Assembly (NCBI RefSeq): GCF_963921235.1
Contig: NC_086097.1
Coordinates: 57,910,001 to 57,974,000 of the forward strand
Direction: 5' to 3'
DNA length: 64,000 nucleotides
DNA from: Mobula hypostoma
Taxonomy: Eukaryota
The notes beneath the pieces were generated by a model. That model searched no databases. It saw only the letters and a program-made list of their open reading frames with translations, and had not been told where the DNA came from. The position numbers and the translations under genes are program-made. This document shows, piece after piece, positions 1 to 12,719 of this stretch. Each line of letters opens with the position of its first letter. The first letter of the stretch is position 1.

Positions 1-2167
1 TCTTGTAAATTTTCTCCGTACTCTTTGAATCTTATTGATACCTTTCTCGCAAGTAGGTGACTGGAACTGTGCACAATATTTTGGCCCTGGTTAAGAATGA
101 AAAGGAGGTGCATAGAAGGTATAGGCAAGCGGGAACAAGTGAGGTGCTTATGGAGTATAAGAAATGGAAGAGAACATTTAAGAAGGAAATCAGGAAGGCT
201 GAAAGAAGATATGATGTTGCCCTCACAGACAAGGTGAAGGAAAACCCCAAGGGATTCTACAGATATTTTAGGAGAAAAAGGATTGCAAGGGAAAAAATTG
301 GCCCTCTGGAAGATCAGAGTGGTAATCCATGTGTGGAGCCAAAAGAGACGGGAGAGATCTTAAACAATTTTTTTGCATCTGTATTTACTCAGGAGACTGA
401 CACAGAGTCTATAGAAGTGAGGCAAAGTGGCATCACCTTCATTGACTCTACAGATTACAGAGGAGGAAGAGTCTGCTGCCCTGAGGCAAAGTAGGGTGGA
501 CAAATCCTCAGGGCCTGACAAGGTGCTCCCTCAGACCCCTTGGGGGGCAAGTAGAGAAATTCTCGGGGCCCGAGCAGAGATATTTAAATCGTCCTTCGCA
601 ACAGGTGATGTGCTGGAGGATTGGAGGATAGCCAATCTTATTTCACTGTACAAGAAAGGGTCTAAAAATAAACGAAATCATAGGTTGGTGAACCTGATAT
701 CAGTAGTGGGAAAGCTATTGGAAGGTATTCTGAGGGACCAGATATATAAGTATTTGGATAGACATAAGACCGATGAAGGATATTCAGCTTGATTTTGTGC
801 ATGGTAGGTTATGTCTAACCAATGTGATAGAGTTTTTTGAGGAAGTTACCAGGAAAGTTGATGAAGGAAAGACAGTGGATGTTGTTTACATGGACTTTAG
901 CAAGGTGTTTGACAAGATCCCACCTGGGAGGATGATCAAGAAGTTGCTTGGTAGTTAAGATGAAGCAGTAAATTGGATTAGACATTGGCTTTGTGGGAGA
1001 AGCCAGAGAGTGGTAGTAGATATTTCCCTCTCTGACTGGAGGCCTATGACTAGTGGAGTGCTGCAAGGATCAGTGCTGGGTCCGTTACTGTTTGTCATCT
1101 ATATTAACGATCTGGTTGATAATGTGGTTAACTGGATCAGCAAATTTGTGGATAACACTAAGATTGGGGTTGTAGAGGACAGCGAGGAAGAATATCATGG
1201 CTTGCAGCACTAGCTGGACCAGCTGGGAAAATGGCAGATGGAAATTTAATGCAGACACGTGCGAGATGTTGCAGTTCGGTAGGACCAATCAGGAGAAGTC
1301 TTACACAGAGTATGGTAGGGCATTGAGGTGTGCGGTAGAACAAAGGGATCTGGGAATATAGGTCCATAATTCATTGATAGTGAAGTCACAGGTAGATAGG
1401 GTCGTAAAGAAAGGTTTTGGCACATTGGCCTTCATAAGTCAATGCATCGAGGACAGGACGTGGAATGTTATATTGAAGTTGTATAAGACATTGGTCAGGC
1501 CTAATTTGGAACATTGTGTCCAGGTTTCATCACCTACCTACAAGAAAGATGTAAATAAGTTTGAAAGAGTACAGAGAAAATTTACAAGTATGTTGCTGGA
1601 TCTGGAGGGCCAAAGTTATAAGGAAAGATTGAATAGGATCAGACTGTATTCCTTGGAATGTAGAAGATTGAGAGAAGATTTTGTAGAGGTATACAAAGTT
1701 ATGAGGGGTATAGATAGGGTAAATGCAAGCAGGCATTTTCCTCTGAGGTTGTGTGGGACTACAACCAGAGGTCATGGCTTATGGGTGAGAAGTTTAAGGG
1801 AACATGAGGGGAAACTTCTTTACTCAGAGGGTCATGAGGGTGTGGAATAAGCTGCCCACAAGTGGTGCATGCAAGCCTGATTTCAACATTGAAGAGAAGT
1901 TTGGACAGGTACATGAATGGTAGGGGTATGGAGGGCTATGGTCCCAGTGCAGGTCGATGGGAGTAGGCAATTTAAATGGTTCAGCATGGACTAGATGGGC
2001 TGAAGGTCTTGATTCTGTGCTGTACTTTTATGTGACTATGACTAATACTTCAAATTAGGCCTCACCAACATCTTATACAACTTCAAGAGAAAATGCCAAC
2101 TCATGTACTTTGACTTATGAAGACTAATGTGCCAAAAGGACACTGCCTGTGATGTCACTTTCAGGGA
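1..2167 (-). mobile_element. Old CR1 LINE ORF2 fragment (pieces ~1-78 and ~2044-2167), split by a + strand CR1
   Basis: Reverse-strand CR1 C-terminal sequence runs to ...aactgtgcacaata and resumes at aatacttcaaattaggcctcacc. Confidence 0.6.
79..2043 (+). mobile_element. 5'-truncated, degraded CR1 LINE (ORF2 RT region and 3' UTR)
   Basis: Frameshifted ORFs 57-1850 carry DKSSGPD, VYMDFSKVFDK, GVLQGSVLGP, KFVDNTK and LVRPNLEHCVQ; tgactatgact-type tail. Confidence 0.92.
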
Positions 2168-2575
2168 AATACTTTATACTTTATTGTCGCCAAACAATTG
2201 ATACTAGAACGTACAATCATCACAGCGATATTTGATTCTGAGCTTCCTGCTCCCTGGATTACAAATATTAAATATTAAAAATAGTAAAAATTAGTAAATA
2301 TTAATAATTTAAATTATAAATCATAAATAGAAAATAGAAAAATGGAAAGTAAGGTAGTGCAAAAAAACCGAGAGGCAGGTCCGGATATTTGGAGGGTACG
2401 GCCCAGATCTGGGTCAGGATCCGTTCAGCAGTCTTATCACAGTTGGAAAGAAGCTGTTCCCAAATCTGGCTGTACAAGTCTTCAAGCTCCTGAGCCTTCT
2501 CCTGGAGGGAAGAGGAACGAAAAGTGTGTTGGCTGGGTGGGTCGTGTCCTTGATTATTCTGGCAGCACTGCTCCA
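2168..2575 (-). mobile_element. Rex1/Babar-like LINE 3' fragment
   Basis: Minus frame reads IIKDTTHPANTLF..LPSRRR..RFGNSFFPTVIRLLN, typical of the Rex1 C-terminus; AATAAA and aagtat tail. Confidence 0.75.
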
Positions 2576-3399
2576 TAAATATGGATAATTATGAATATTC
2601 TGCTGATCTGGAGTCCCTGGTTATATAAAGTGATTTAATATTTTCAGAAAAGTTTAAAAGAGATTATGTTATTGCTCTTGTGGTCTCGTTCTTGACTACA
2701 GTTCTCAATGAACTATTCACTCTTAAATGACCAGGAGTAGCACCATAAGACCCATGCGACATAGGAGCAGAATTGGGCCATTAGGCATATCAGGTCTGCT
2801 CCACCATTCCATTATGGCTGATTTATTATCTCTGTCCACCCCATTCTCTTGTCTTCTCCCCATAACTGTTGACAACCTAACTAATCAAGAGCCTATCAAC
2901 CTTGCCTTTAAATATAACTTATGCATTGGGCTCCAGAGCCATCTGTGGCAATGAATTTGTCACAAAGGTGGGGGACTGGGAGCAAGGGTGGACCGAAATG
3001 CAAGACCCATCTTGAGAAGTGACTTAGGTTTAGTTTATTGTACAATACCAGGAAAGCAAGACAGAAGCAGGAATAGCGAACAGGATAAGGACTCAGGACT
3101 ACGACTAGGCTGGGACCAAGGGTCTGGGCTTGGACTCGGAATTGGTTCCCAGACCTAGAGGAGACATGAAGAGGCTAAGGTATGGACTCCAAGCCCGAGA
3201 CTGAGCAAGGACCCAGTACCTGGGTTTTGCCTAGGGCTCGGACCCCAGAACCAGGCATGGACATGACATGGGCTAGGGAGAGGAGGAACATGGGAACACA
3301 GAGCTTCGGTCTCGGGAGAGCAGGTACATAGAACCATGGACACATACACAGAACACAGAGTCGGGACCCCTCCTTGGGTACAGGACATAGGGCCGGGAC

Positions 3400-3712
3400 T
3401 CATGACCCTCCGTGGGGCGACGGCAAGCCGGCCTGACTTACCCCACGGAGGCAAGGACAAGACAAGACAAGACACGACTCCCTATGGGGCAACGGCAAGA
3501 CGGCCTGACTTACCCCACGGAGGCGAGGACAGGACAGGACAAGACAAGACAAGACAAGACATGACTCCCCGCGGGGCAACAGCAAGATGGCCTGACTTAC
3601 CCCACGGAGGCGAGGACAAGACAAGACAAGTCATGACTCCCCGCAGGGCAATGGCAAGACGGCCAGACTTACCCCACAGAGGCGAGGACGAGACAAGACA
3701 AGACCAACACGA
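3400..3712. repeat. Tandem repeat of ~70-80 bp (4 copies) with (gacaa)n spacers, inside the solo LTR
   Basis: Repeated ggcaagacggcctgacttaccccacggaggcgaggacaagacaag. Confidence 0.9.
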
Positions 3713-3903
3713 ATGAGCACCAGACAGTACCTATCTGGCTCTGGTGATGGAACTAGACCGAAGTGCAGATGGGAGCTGCAGATGAGGGCTAGAGGCGAGA
3801 GGGGCAGAGAAGGGATTCAGACAAGGGGGTAGGACAGGAATCACAGACCGCCAGGGCCAGGACTAGGCTCAGAACTGGAAGCCGCCAGGACCAGGACTTG
3901 CCA

Positions 3904-4052
3904 TGGTACTTGAACACTGCCAGGGCCAGGACGTGGACGTGGTACTTGGATGCCGCCGGAGCCAGGACGTGGACGTGGTACTTGGATGCCGCCGGAGCCA
4001 GGACGTGGACGTGGTACTTGGACGCCACCGGAGCCAAGACGTGGTGCTTGGA
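3904..4052. repeat. 36-bp tandem repeat (~4 copies) inside the solo LTR
   Basis: Unit tggtacttggatgccgccggagccaggacgtggacg. Confidence 0.9.
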
Positions 4053-4989
4053 ACCTCCGGGTAGTGCCGAGCTCTCGACTCGGCCCGGGAACAGTAGACA
4101 GCGGCTCTTGATTCTCTCCGGCGGGTTAACTGACGGACCCACCTTGATGAGGAAACTTTGCAGGCTCGCTTTGGTGAGGTAACTGGACAGAGTTGCTCCA
4201 GTAAGGAAAGGTGAATTACTGGCACTCGCTTCGGGCAGAGACAAGGCTTGCTCCGGCCAGGTGACATTGGCACGCCGTGACTTTGCAGACGCTCCCGCAC
4301 CGAACGGCTGAAAGCCGGAGACTATAAACTACCGGTTCAGCCGAGTGTCAGTTGCCTCTAATCACCAAAGTCCAGGGACATGGGAAAACAGGGAATCAAC
4401 GGTCCGGATCGTAACAAACAAGGTAAATTTAAAGGAACCCCGATCCGAACCATGACAGAATTCCACAGATTCACTACCCTCTGGCTGAAGAAATTCTTCC
4501 TCATCTCTTTTCTAAATAAAGTCCCTCTAATCCAAGGCTGTGCTAGACTCGCCACTGTAGGAAACATTGGCTCCATATCCACTCCATCTGGCCCTTTCAA
4601 TATTCAATAGATTTCAATGGGATCACTCCTCATTCTTCTAAACACCAGTAAGTAATGGTTCAGATGCATCAAATGGTCCTCTTACTTTAACCCTTTTATT
4701 CTCGGGATCATTCTCGAGAATTTCCTCTGGACTCTATCAAATGCCAGCACACTTTTTCATAAGGGTTCCAAAACTGCTCACAATACTCCAAGTGCAATCT
4801 GACCAAAGCCTTGTGAAGCTTTAACATTACATCTTTGCTCTTATGTTCTAGTCCTCCTGAAATGAATGCTTACATTGCATTTGCCTTCCTTGCCATTGAC
4901 ACAACTCGCAAGTTAACTCTAGGGAATCTTGCACGAGAACTCCCAAGACCCTCTGCATGTCTGATTACTGAATTTTCTCTCTGTTTTGA

Positions 4990-7900
4990 AAGTAGTGCAA
5001 GGATAAAGATGGGAATATTTGCTTGGATACGGAGAATGTGAGTGAGGTACTTAATGAATACTTTGCCTCAGTATTTACCAAGGAAAAGGACATGGAGGAC
5101 CTGTAGATCAGTGCTGGGTGTATGAACATGTTAGGGCATTTAGAGGTCAAGGAGGAGGAAGGGTTAACATAGAAAACATAGAAAAACATAGAAAAAAGGT
5201 GCAGGAGTAGGCCATTTGGCCCCTCGAGCCTGCACCGCCATTCAGTATGATCATGGCTGATCATTCAACTCAGAACCCTGTACCAGCCTTCCCTCCATAC
5301 CCCCTGACCCTTTAGCCACAAGGGCCATATCTAACTCCCTCTTAAATATAGCCAATGAACTGGCCTCAACTGTTTCCTGTGGCAGAGAATTCCACAGATT
5401 CGCCACTCTGTGTGAAGAAGTTTTTCCTAATCTCAGTCCTAAAAGGCTTCCCCTTTATCCTCAAACTGTGACCCCTTGTTCTGGACTTCCCCAACATCGG
5501 GAACAATCTTCCTGCATCTAGCCTGTCCAATTCCTTTAGAATTTTATACGTTTCAATCAGATCCCCCCTCAATCTTCTAAATTCCAATGAGTATAAGCCT
5601 AGTTCATCCAGTCTTTCATCATATGAAAGTCCTGCCATCCCAGGAATCAATCTGGTGAACCTTCTTTGTACTCCCTCTATGGCAAAGATGTCTTTCCTCA
5701 GATTAGGGGACCAAAACTGCACACAATGCTCCAGGTGTGGTCTCACCAAGGCCTTGTACAACTGCAGTAGTACCTCCCTGCTCCTGTACTCGAATCCTCT
5801 TGCTATAAATGCCAGCATACCATTCGCCTTTTTCACCGCCTGCTGTACCTGCATGCCCACTTTCAATGACTGGTGTATAATGACACCCAGGTCTCGTTGC
5901 ACCTCCCCTTTTCCTAATCGGCCACCATTCAGATAATAATCTGTTTTCCTGTTTTTGCCACCAAAGTGGATAACTTCACATTTATCCACATTAAATTGCA
6001 TCTACCATGAATTTGCCCACTCACCTAACCTATCCAAGTCACCCTGCATCCTCTTAGCATCCTCCTCACAGCTAACACTGCCGCCCAGCTTTGTGTCATC
6101 TGCAAACTTGGAGATGCTGCATTTAATTCCCTCATCCAAGTCATTAATATATATTGTAAACAACTGGGGTCCCAGCACTGAGCCTTGCGGTACCCCACTA
6201 GTCACTGCCTGCCATTCTGAAAAGGTCCCGTTTATTCCCACTCTTTGCTTCCTGTCTGCTAACCAATTCTCCACCCACACCAATACCTTACCCCCAATAC
6301 CGTGTGCTTTAAGTTTGCACACTAATCTCCTGTGTGGGACCTTGTCAAAAGCCTTTTGAAAATCCAAATACACCACATCCACTGGTTCTCCCCTATCCAC
6401 TCTACTAGTTACATCCTCAAAAAATTCAATGAGATTCGTCAGACATGATTTTCCTTTCACAAATCCATGCTGACTTTGTCCGATGATTTTACCGCTTTCC
6501 AAATGTGCTGTTATCACATATTTGATAACTGACTCTAGCAGTTTCCCCACCACCGATGTTAGGCTAACCGGTCTATAATTCCCTGGTTTCTCTCTCCCTC
6601 CTTTTTTAAAAAGTGGGGTTACATTAGCCACCCTCCAATCCTCAGGAACTAATCCAGAATCTAAAGAGTTTTGAAGAATTATCACTAATGCATCCACTAT
6701 TTCTTGGGCTACTTCCTTAAGCACTCTGGGATGCAGACCATCTGGCCCTGGGGATTTATCTGCCTTTAATCCCTTCAATTTACCTAACACCACTTCCCTA
6801 CTAACATGTATTTCCCTCAGTTCCTCCATCTCTCTGGACCCTCTGTCCCCTACTATTTCCGGAAGATTATTTATGTCCTCCTTAGTGAAGACAGAACCAA
6901 AGTAATTATTCAATTGGTCTGCCATGTCCTTGCTCCCCATAATCAATTCACCTGTTTCTGTCTGTAGGGGACCTACATTTGTCTTAACCAATCTTTTTCT
7001 TTTCACATATCTATAAAAGCTTTTACAGTCAGTTTTTATGTTCCTAAGGTGGATAAGTACCCATGGCCTGATGGGATTTACCTCAGGTTAATGAGGGAGG
7101 CAAGAGATGAGATTGCTGGGGTCTTGTCCACTATCTTCATGTCCTCTCTAGGCACAGGCAAGGTCTCAGAGGACCGGCAAGTGGCTATTGTTGTATCTTT
7201 ATTTAAGAAGAGAACAAGGGAAAATCCTGGGAACTACAGACTAGTGAGTCTCATGCCAATGTAGGGAAATTGCTGGAGAAAATTCTTTGGGATAGGATAT
7301 ATGAGCATTTGACAACCTGTGGCCTAATTAGGGAGAGCCAGCATAGCTATGTCTGACCAACTTGATTGAGTTGTTAGACAAGGTGACGAGAGAGATTGAT
7401 GAGGGTAGGGCTGCAGATGTTGTCTACATGGAATTTGGTAAGGTGTTTGACAAAGTCTTTCATGGGAGGCTAATCCAGAAGATTAAGATGCATGAGGTCT
7501 GTGGCAAATTGTCTGGGTGGATTCAGAACTGGCTTGCCAATAGAAGACAGAGGGTAGTGGTTGAAAGGACTTATTCAAGCTGGAGGTCTGTAATTAGTGG
7601 TGTTTTGCAGGGATCTATGTTGGAACCTCTGCTGTTTGTGATGCATATAAATTACCTGGATAAAAATGTAGATGAGTGAGTTACTAAGTTTATGGATGAT
7701 ACAAAGATTTCTAGAGTTGTGGATAGTGTAGAAGACTGACAAAGAATATAGTGTGATATAGATCATTTGCAGATATGGGCAGAGAAATGGCAGATGGAGT
7801 TTAACCCAGATAAATGAGAGTGTTGCTCCTTGGTAGGGCAAATGCAAGGAAACAGTACATTGGAAAGTGCAAGTTTCTGAACAGTGCTGCTGAGCAGAGA

Positions 7901-8262
7901 AATCCTTGGGTCCAAGTTTATAGCTCCATGAATATACTACACAGGTCACTAGGGTGGTTAAGAAAACTTATGGAAAGCGTGCTTTCATTAGTCGAGGCAC
8001 TGAGTTCAAAGATCAAGACATTATGTTGCAACTTTATAAAACACTGGTTACGCCACATCTGGAGTACTGCATACAGTTCTGTTGTCCCAATATAGGAAGG
8101 ATGTCGGGACTTTGGAGAGGGTCCAGAAGAGGTTTACCAGGATGCTGCCTGGTTTAGAGGGCATGTGCTATTATGAGAGGCTGGACAAACCTGGGCTGTT
8201 TTCTTTAGAGCGACATTATGGGACCAAGGGCCTGTTCCTCTCCTGTCCTGTTCTATAATGTG
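4990..8262 (+). mobile_element. Degraded CR1 LINE (pieces ~4990-5166 and 7046-8262), split by a younger CR1
   Basis: LNEYFASVFTKE before the insertion; [28 protein letters not shown] and LVTPHLEYC after it. Confidence 0.85.
5167..7045 (-). mobile_element. Young 5'-truncated CR1 LINE (copy 1; same ORF2 family as 14511-18895)
   Basis: ORFs 6002-7006 and 5366-6001 form the RT domain ([21 protein letters not shown]), split by one stop; (ttctatgt)n tail. Confidence 0.97.
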
Positions 8263-8269
8263 AAATGAA

Positions 8270-11200
8270 ACAGTCCTATAACACCAACCTCTGTACAACA
8301 CCACTAGTCTCTGGCAGCCAACCAGAAATGGACCCCTTTATTCCCACTCTTTGGCCTCCTGCCAATCAGCCAATCTTCTATACAAGCTAGTATTTTTCCT
8401 GTAATGCCACGGGCTCTTATTTTGTTAAGCAGCTCATGGGCAGCACCTTGTCAAAGGCCTTCTGAAAATCTAAGTAAACAATTACCACTGACTCTCTTTT
8501 GGCTATCCTGCCTGTTATTTCCTCAAAGAATTCCAACAGATTTGTTAGGAATGTTTCCCCTTAAGGAAACCATGCTGACTTTGGCCTACTTTATCACGTG
8601 CCTCCAAGTAAACTGTAACCTCATTCTTAATAATGCAGTCCAACCACTGCCTCCCTCCTTTCTTACGGAGTGGAGTGATATTTGCAATTTTCTAGTCCTC
8701 AGGAACCATTTCAGTATCTGGTGATTCTTGAAAGACCATTGCTAATGCCTCCACAATCTCCCCAGACCTCTTTCAGAGCTCTGGACTCTATTAGCAATTA
8801 TACTCACTTCTGACCAATGCCACTCTCTAATTTCTGGCATATTGCTAGTGTCTTCCATAATGATACAAAATACTTATGAAGTTCGTCTGCCATTTCGTTG
8901 TCCCCCATTACTACCTCTCCAGTGTAGGGTAACATAATTGGGAGAAATGTACATAATTCACAACCACCGACATTGAGATGGGGTTTCGCTTTAAGAGGCT
9001 GGTCTGACGTGATGATGTTGTCATGTAAGGAATTTTAGCTCGCTGTGGTGTTTAGGTTTTGGCGTTCAATAAAATGTGTTACAGGTTTTATTATACATAA
9101 AACGCCTCACTTCATCTTATTTGTGAAATCCTACATTGGTCACCTCGATGTGATACTTTCAGTGTCTGCGCAAGCCTTTTGGACTGAAAAATACAGCACA
9201 GAATTTCCAACAGCTGAAAGACTCTGTATTGAAAGACTTAGATTTTCTTTTTGTTTACGTAGATGACATTATGTCGCTAGTGCTTCCAAATCTGTTCATG
9301 TATCTCATCTTTACATACTTTTCAAAAGCTTCAGCCAACATGGGTTGATTATTAACCCTGCTAAATGCCAATCTGGGTTGTCAACCATTGACTTTCTCGG
9401 CCATCACATCTCTGCAGAGGTTGCGAAACCCCTCCCATCAAAGATAGCTACTATTATGGATCTCCCATCGCCCCTCACTACTTAGAAACTACAGGAGTTC
9501 TTAGGCGTGGTGAATTTCTATCACTGCCTCATTCCACAAGCTGCTGAACTTATGTTCCCCTGGTATAGTGCGCTTAAAGGCAATACTCTTAATCAAGTGC
9601 TTGACTGGTCAGTAGACATGACCAGGGCATTCAATACTATAGTACCAAACAAACTCTTTCTAATGCGACCCTACTGGCACACCCGCTCCCCAATACACGT
9701 AGTCATTACTACTGATGCTTCAGACTATGCTGTGGGTGCTGTGCATGAACAGTTGGTTGAAGGTGTATGGCAGCTACTTGCCTTCTTCAGCCAGCAGCTC
9801 CATCTCCCCTGAAAGGAAGTACAGCACGTTTGACCGTGAGCTTTTTGGTCTCTATCTGGCTGTCTGACATTTTCTTTTTCTTCTAGTGGGATGCCATTTC
9901 ACAGTGTTTGCTGACCACAACCTCCTCATGCACACGATGGCCAAAATATCAGATCCTTGGTTTGCCTAGCAGCAATGCCACCTGGCCTACATATCTGAGT
10001 TCACAAGAGATATACAACATATTAGTGGGAATATTACTGTTGTGGCTGATTGCCTCTCATAGCTAACCGTTGAGGCAGCACACATAGAGGATGACTATGT
10101 CGGCGTGGCAGCTGAACAACTTACTGACCCAGAGGTCCAGGCTTACCGTACAGCAGTCATGGGCTTGTGGTTTGCTGACATTAAGTTCAGGGGAGTTGGG
10201 GATTCTCTCCTGAGCGATGTCTCAAACGGTTGCCCTTACCCCTTCCTGCTCGCAAGTTAGAGATGGACTGTTATTGTTCCGTACATGTCCTCTCACACCT
10301 GGGCCAGAAGGCCTCACAAAAACTGATTGCAGTTTGGGACGGCCTCTGAAAAGATGTGTGTGATTGGACTGCAGTCATTGTAGAGTGCCAGCAGGCAGTA
10401 AATTAACCGTCATGTTCAAGGCACCATTGGCACCTTTTGAAGTCCCTGAGTGACGGTTTGACCATGTCAATAGGGACCTTGTTGGTCCTCTTCCCCACTC
10501 CCATGGTTTCATGCACCTTCTTACTATGGTGGACTGTACCACCAGGTGGCCAGAGGTTGTCCCTCTAGCATTGACAACGTCCATAGGCATGGCTCAGGTG
10601 TTCATCAGCACCTGAGATGCTTGGTTTGGCACCTTACCTGTTATTTCCTTTGACTGTTCAACAACATTCCACCCTCCTCAGTAAATTCAATTCCTTTTCA
10701 CCTGTTCCTACCTCCCATTATGGCGTACAGCACTCTTGGGTTTCTGTTGACCTGCATTCCACCTCATCTGTTTTCATCCACCATGACGCACACCAGCATC
10801 CCCTTAGGCCCCCTTACGATGGCCTGTTCCACATTTTGGAATGGGGAGAAAAGATTTTTGTCACAGATAAGAGGGGTAAACCTGAACATATTTCAGTAGA
10901 TCGCCATAAATCAGCCCACCAAGATTTGGAGGATTCTGCTGCCACGCCCTGGGCGTGCCAACGTGACCATGAGCATGTCATTGCACCTCTGGATGAGCTC
11001 GAGACAGGGTTACAACAATGCTAGTTTTACTGAGTTCTTGGGGGACGTGTGTAGGGTAACGTAATTAGGAGAAATGTACATAATTCTCAAACATTGCCAT
11101 TTAGCGGTGGTCTGATATCCACTTTCACCTCTCTTTTACTTTATATATCTGAAAAACTTTTGGTACCCTCTTTTATATTATGCACTAGCTTACCTTCATA

Positions 11201-11640
11201 TTTCATCATTTCTCTTGGTATGGATTTTTTTTAGTTGTCTTCTGTTGGTTTTTAAAAGTTTCCCAATCCTTTAACTTGCTACTAATATTTGTTATATTAT
11301 ATGCCCTCTCTTTTGCTCTTGTGCTGCCTTTGACTTCATTTGTTAGCCATGGTTACATCACCCTTCCTTTAGGATACTTCTTCACCTTTGGGATGTATCT
11401 ATCCCGCACCTTCCAAAATGCCCCCAGAAACTCCCACCATTTCTGTTCTGCTTTCAGCCCTGCTAATGTCCCCTTCCAATCAACTTTGGCCGGCTCCTCT
11501 CTCATGCCCCTGTAATTCCCTTTTCTCCACAGTAATACTGATACATTTGACTTTAGCTTCTCCCTCTCAAACTGTAGGGTGAATTCTATCATGTTATGAT
11601 CACGGCCTTCTAAGTTTGGATCAAGATCCACTGACTGCAC
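8270..11640 (-). mobile_element. Degraded CR1 LINE (pieces ~8270-8922 and ~11101-11640), split by a Gypsy element
   Basis: RT-region sequence on the left; DHNMIEFTLQFE and GNYRGMREE on the right. Confidence 0.8.
8923..11100 (+). mobile_element. Internally deleted Ty3/Gypsy LTR retrotransposon (gag and protease missing)
   Basis: 5' LTR 8923-9135 (TGTAGG...CCTACA, AATAAA 9068-9073); PBS-like ttggtcacc at 9136; RT YVDD ~9256; RNase H TDASDYAVGAV; integrase GPY/F-like LRPPYDG; G-rich PPT; ~50-bp stub of the 3' LTR from 11050. Confidence 0.9.
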
Positions 11641-12212
11641 CATCTCATAAATATGTAGCGTGCTGTAAGGTTTCACTGCTAAGGTAATGGTTTCTCTGCA
11701 GCAGCAATGTTTGGGATATGACTAGAGATAACGGGACCTTTGGAATGTATGTTAGCCAATGAGCAGGATGTTGTTCTTTCTTGCAGGTCTGGGAGCAGGG
11801 ATTTGCGGTCTTATTGGCGAGAGATGAAGAGGGAAGATGCATATGGAAAGAGCTGGTAGACCACCGGACAGAGTGGATGGGGAGTGAGAGTCTGAAGGTC
11901 AGCAATACTCAGAGGAGGTCAATGGTGGACGAATGGTCTTATCAGTGAGCTCCAACATGCACATTCGACTTTTTCCTTACAATGGGCCCTTTTTTTTATT
12001 ATTTTCTTTACTAACCCTATATTCAGATTAAGATTTATAAAATTCAATCACTTAATTGCATATGGTGTACCGTCTGATATTTTGTGGTTCGGATTTGTAA
12101 CCAGGCAACACATCACGCAGCATCCACACAAACAAGATTTCATAGTTTGGCCGGGCCCGAGGTTGTCTTCCCCTAAACAAACGCGTGCTGGCCGAGCCTG
12201 AGGGTTACAATT

Positions 12213-12232
12213 GTGGGGTATCGTTCCGGGAT
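12213..12232 (+). promoter_or_regulatory. Primer-binding site, tRNA-Pro-like (degenerate)
   Basis: tggggtatcgttccgggat just after the LTR end resembles the tRNA-Pro PBS TGGGGGCTCGTCCGGGAT. Confidence 0.7.
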
Positions 12233-12484
12233 TGATTCTGTTGGATGCTGTGCAATTACCCTGAGCATTGAACCAGTGGGTTGTGTGTTTAAACCTGTGC
12301 TGGTGTGGATACTGAGGGTGTGAGGACACCCAGCAGGACTTAAAAAGAAACAAGACCTGACAAAGGGCAGTTGAGCTCCTTGTGAGCCGACGGCCATCTT
12401 CCGTGGAAGAGATTAAAGCCTCACCACGTATCTACGAATCGTATGCTATGCACCTAGGTAGAAAAGACATGATGAACTTGGGCA

Positions 12485-12648
12485 CTGCACCGTGTGCCTG
12501 GACCTGCCCAAGGAAGGGCAGAGCTCGAAGAAGCGGCCGCGGCTGGAGGCCGACACGGCCTTGGGTTCGAGTTTGGCAGAGGCGGTGGCTGGTGGTGCCA
12601 AGGTGGCCAGTGAGAACAAACTGGAGGAGAGGCTGTACTCAGTGCTGT
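12485..12648 (+). pseudogene. Captured, circularly permuted fragment resembling the CYHR1/ZFTRAF1 N-terminal coding sequence
   Basis: Translates [21 protein letters not shown]...[12 protein letters not shown]. From memory, vertebrate CYHR1 reads KKR...[20 protein letters not shown]. Confidence 0.75.
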
Positions 12649-12719
12649 CACAAGATCGAAGAAGATGGAGGTGCATAGCCACCAACCCCGGATTCGGGAC
12701 GGCACTCACTGACTGACTG

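Larger units (their letters stand above)
2958..4457 (-). mobile_element. 1500-bp solo LTR
   Basis: TGTCA...TGACA termini; 5-bp TSD GAATT (2953-2957 and 4458-4462); minus-strand AATAAA near 3034-3039; no gag/pol. Confidence 0.88.
2742..4985 (-). mobile_element. CR1 LINE 3' fragment interrupted by a solo LTR
   Basis: ccataaga-type tail at ~2742; KNFFSQRVVNLWNS continues across the LTR insertion. Confidence 0.85.

Noticed and set aside
3336..3716. Repetitive ORFs (RPDLPHGG...)
   Set aside because: A by-product of the LTR minisatellite; no recognisable domain.
3904..4052. 36-bp repeats resembling a CRISPR array
   Set aside because: Head-to-tail units with no unique spacers, no cas genes, and a eukaryotic LTR context.
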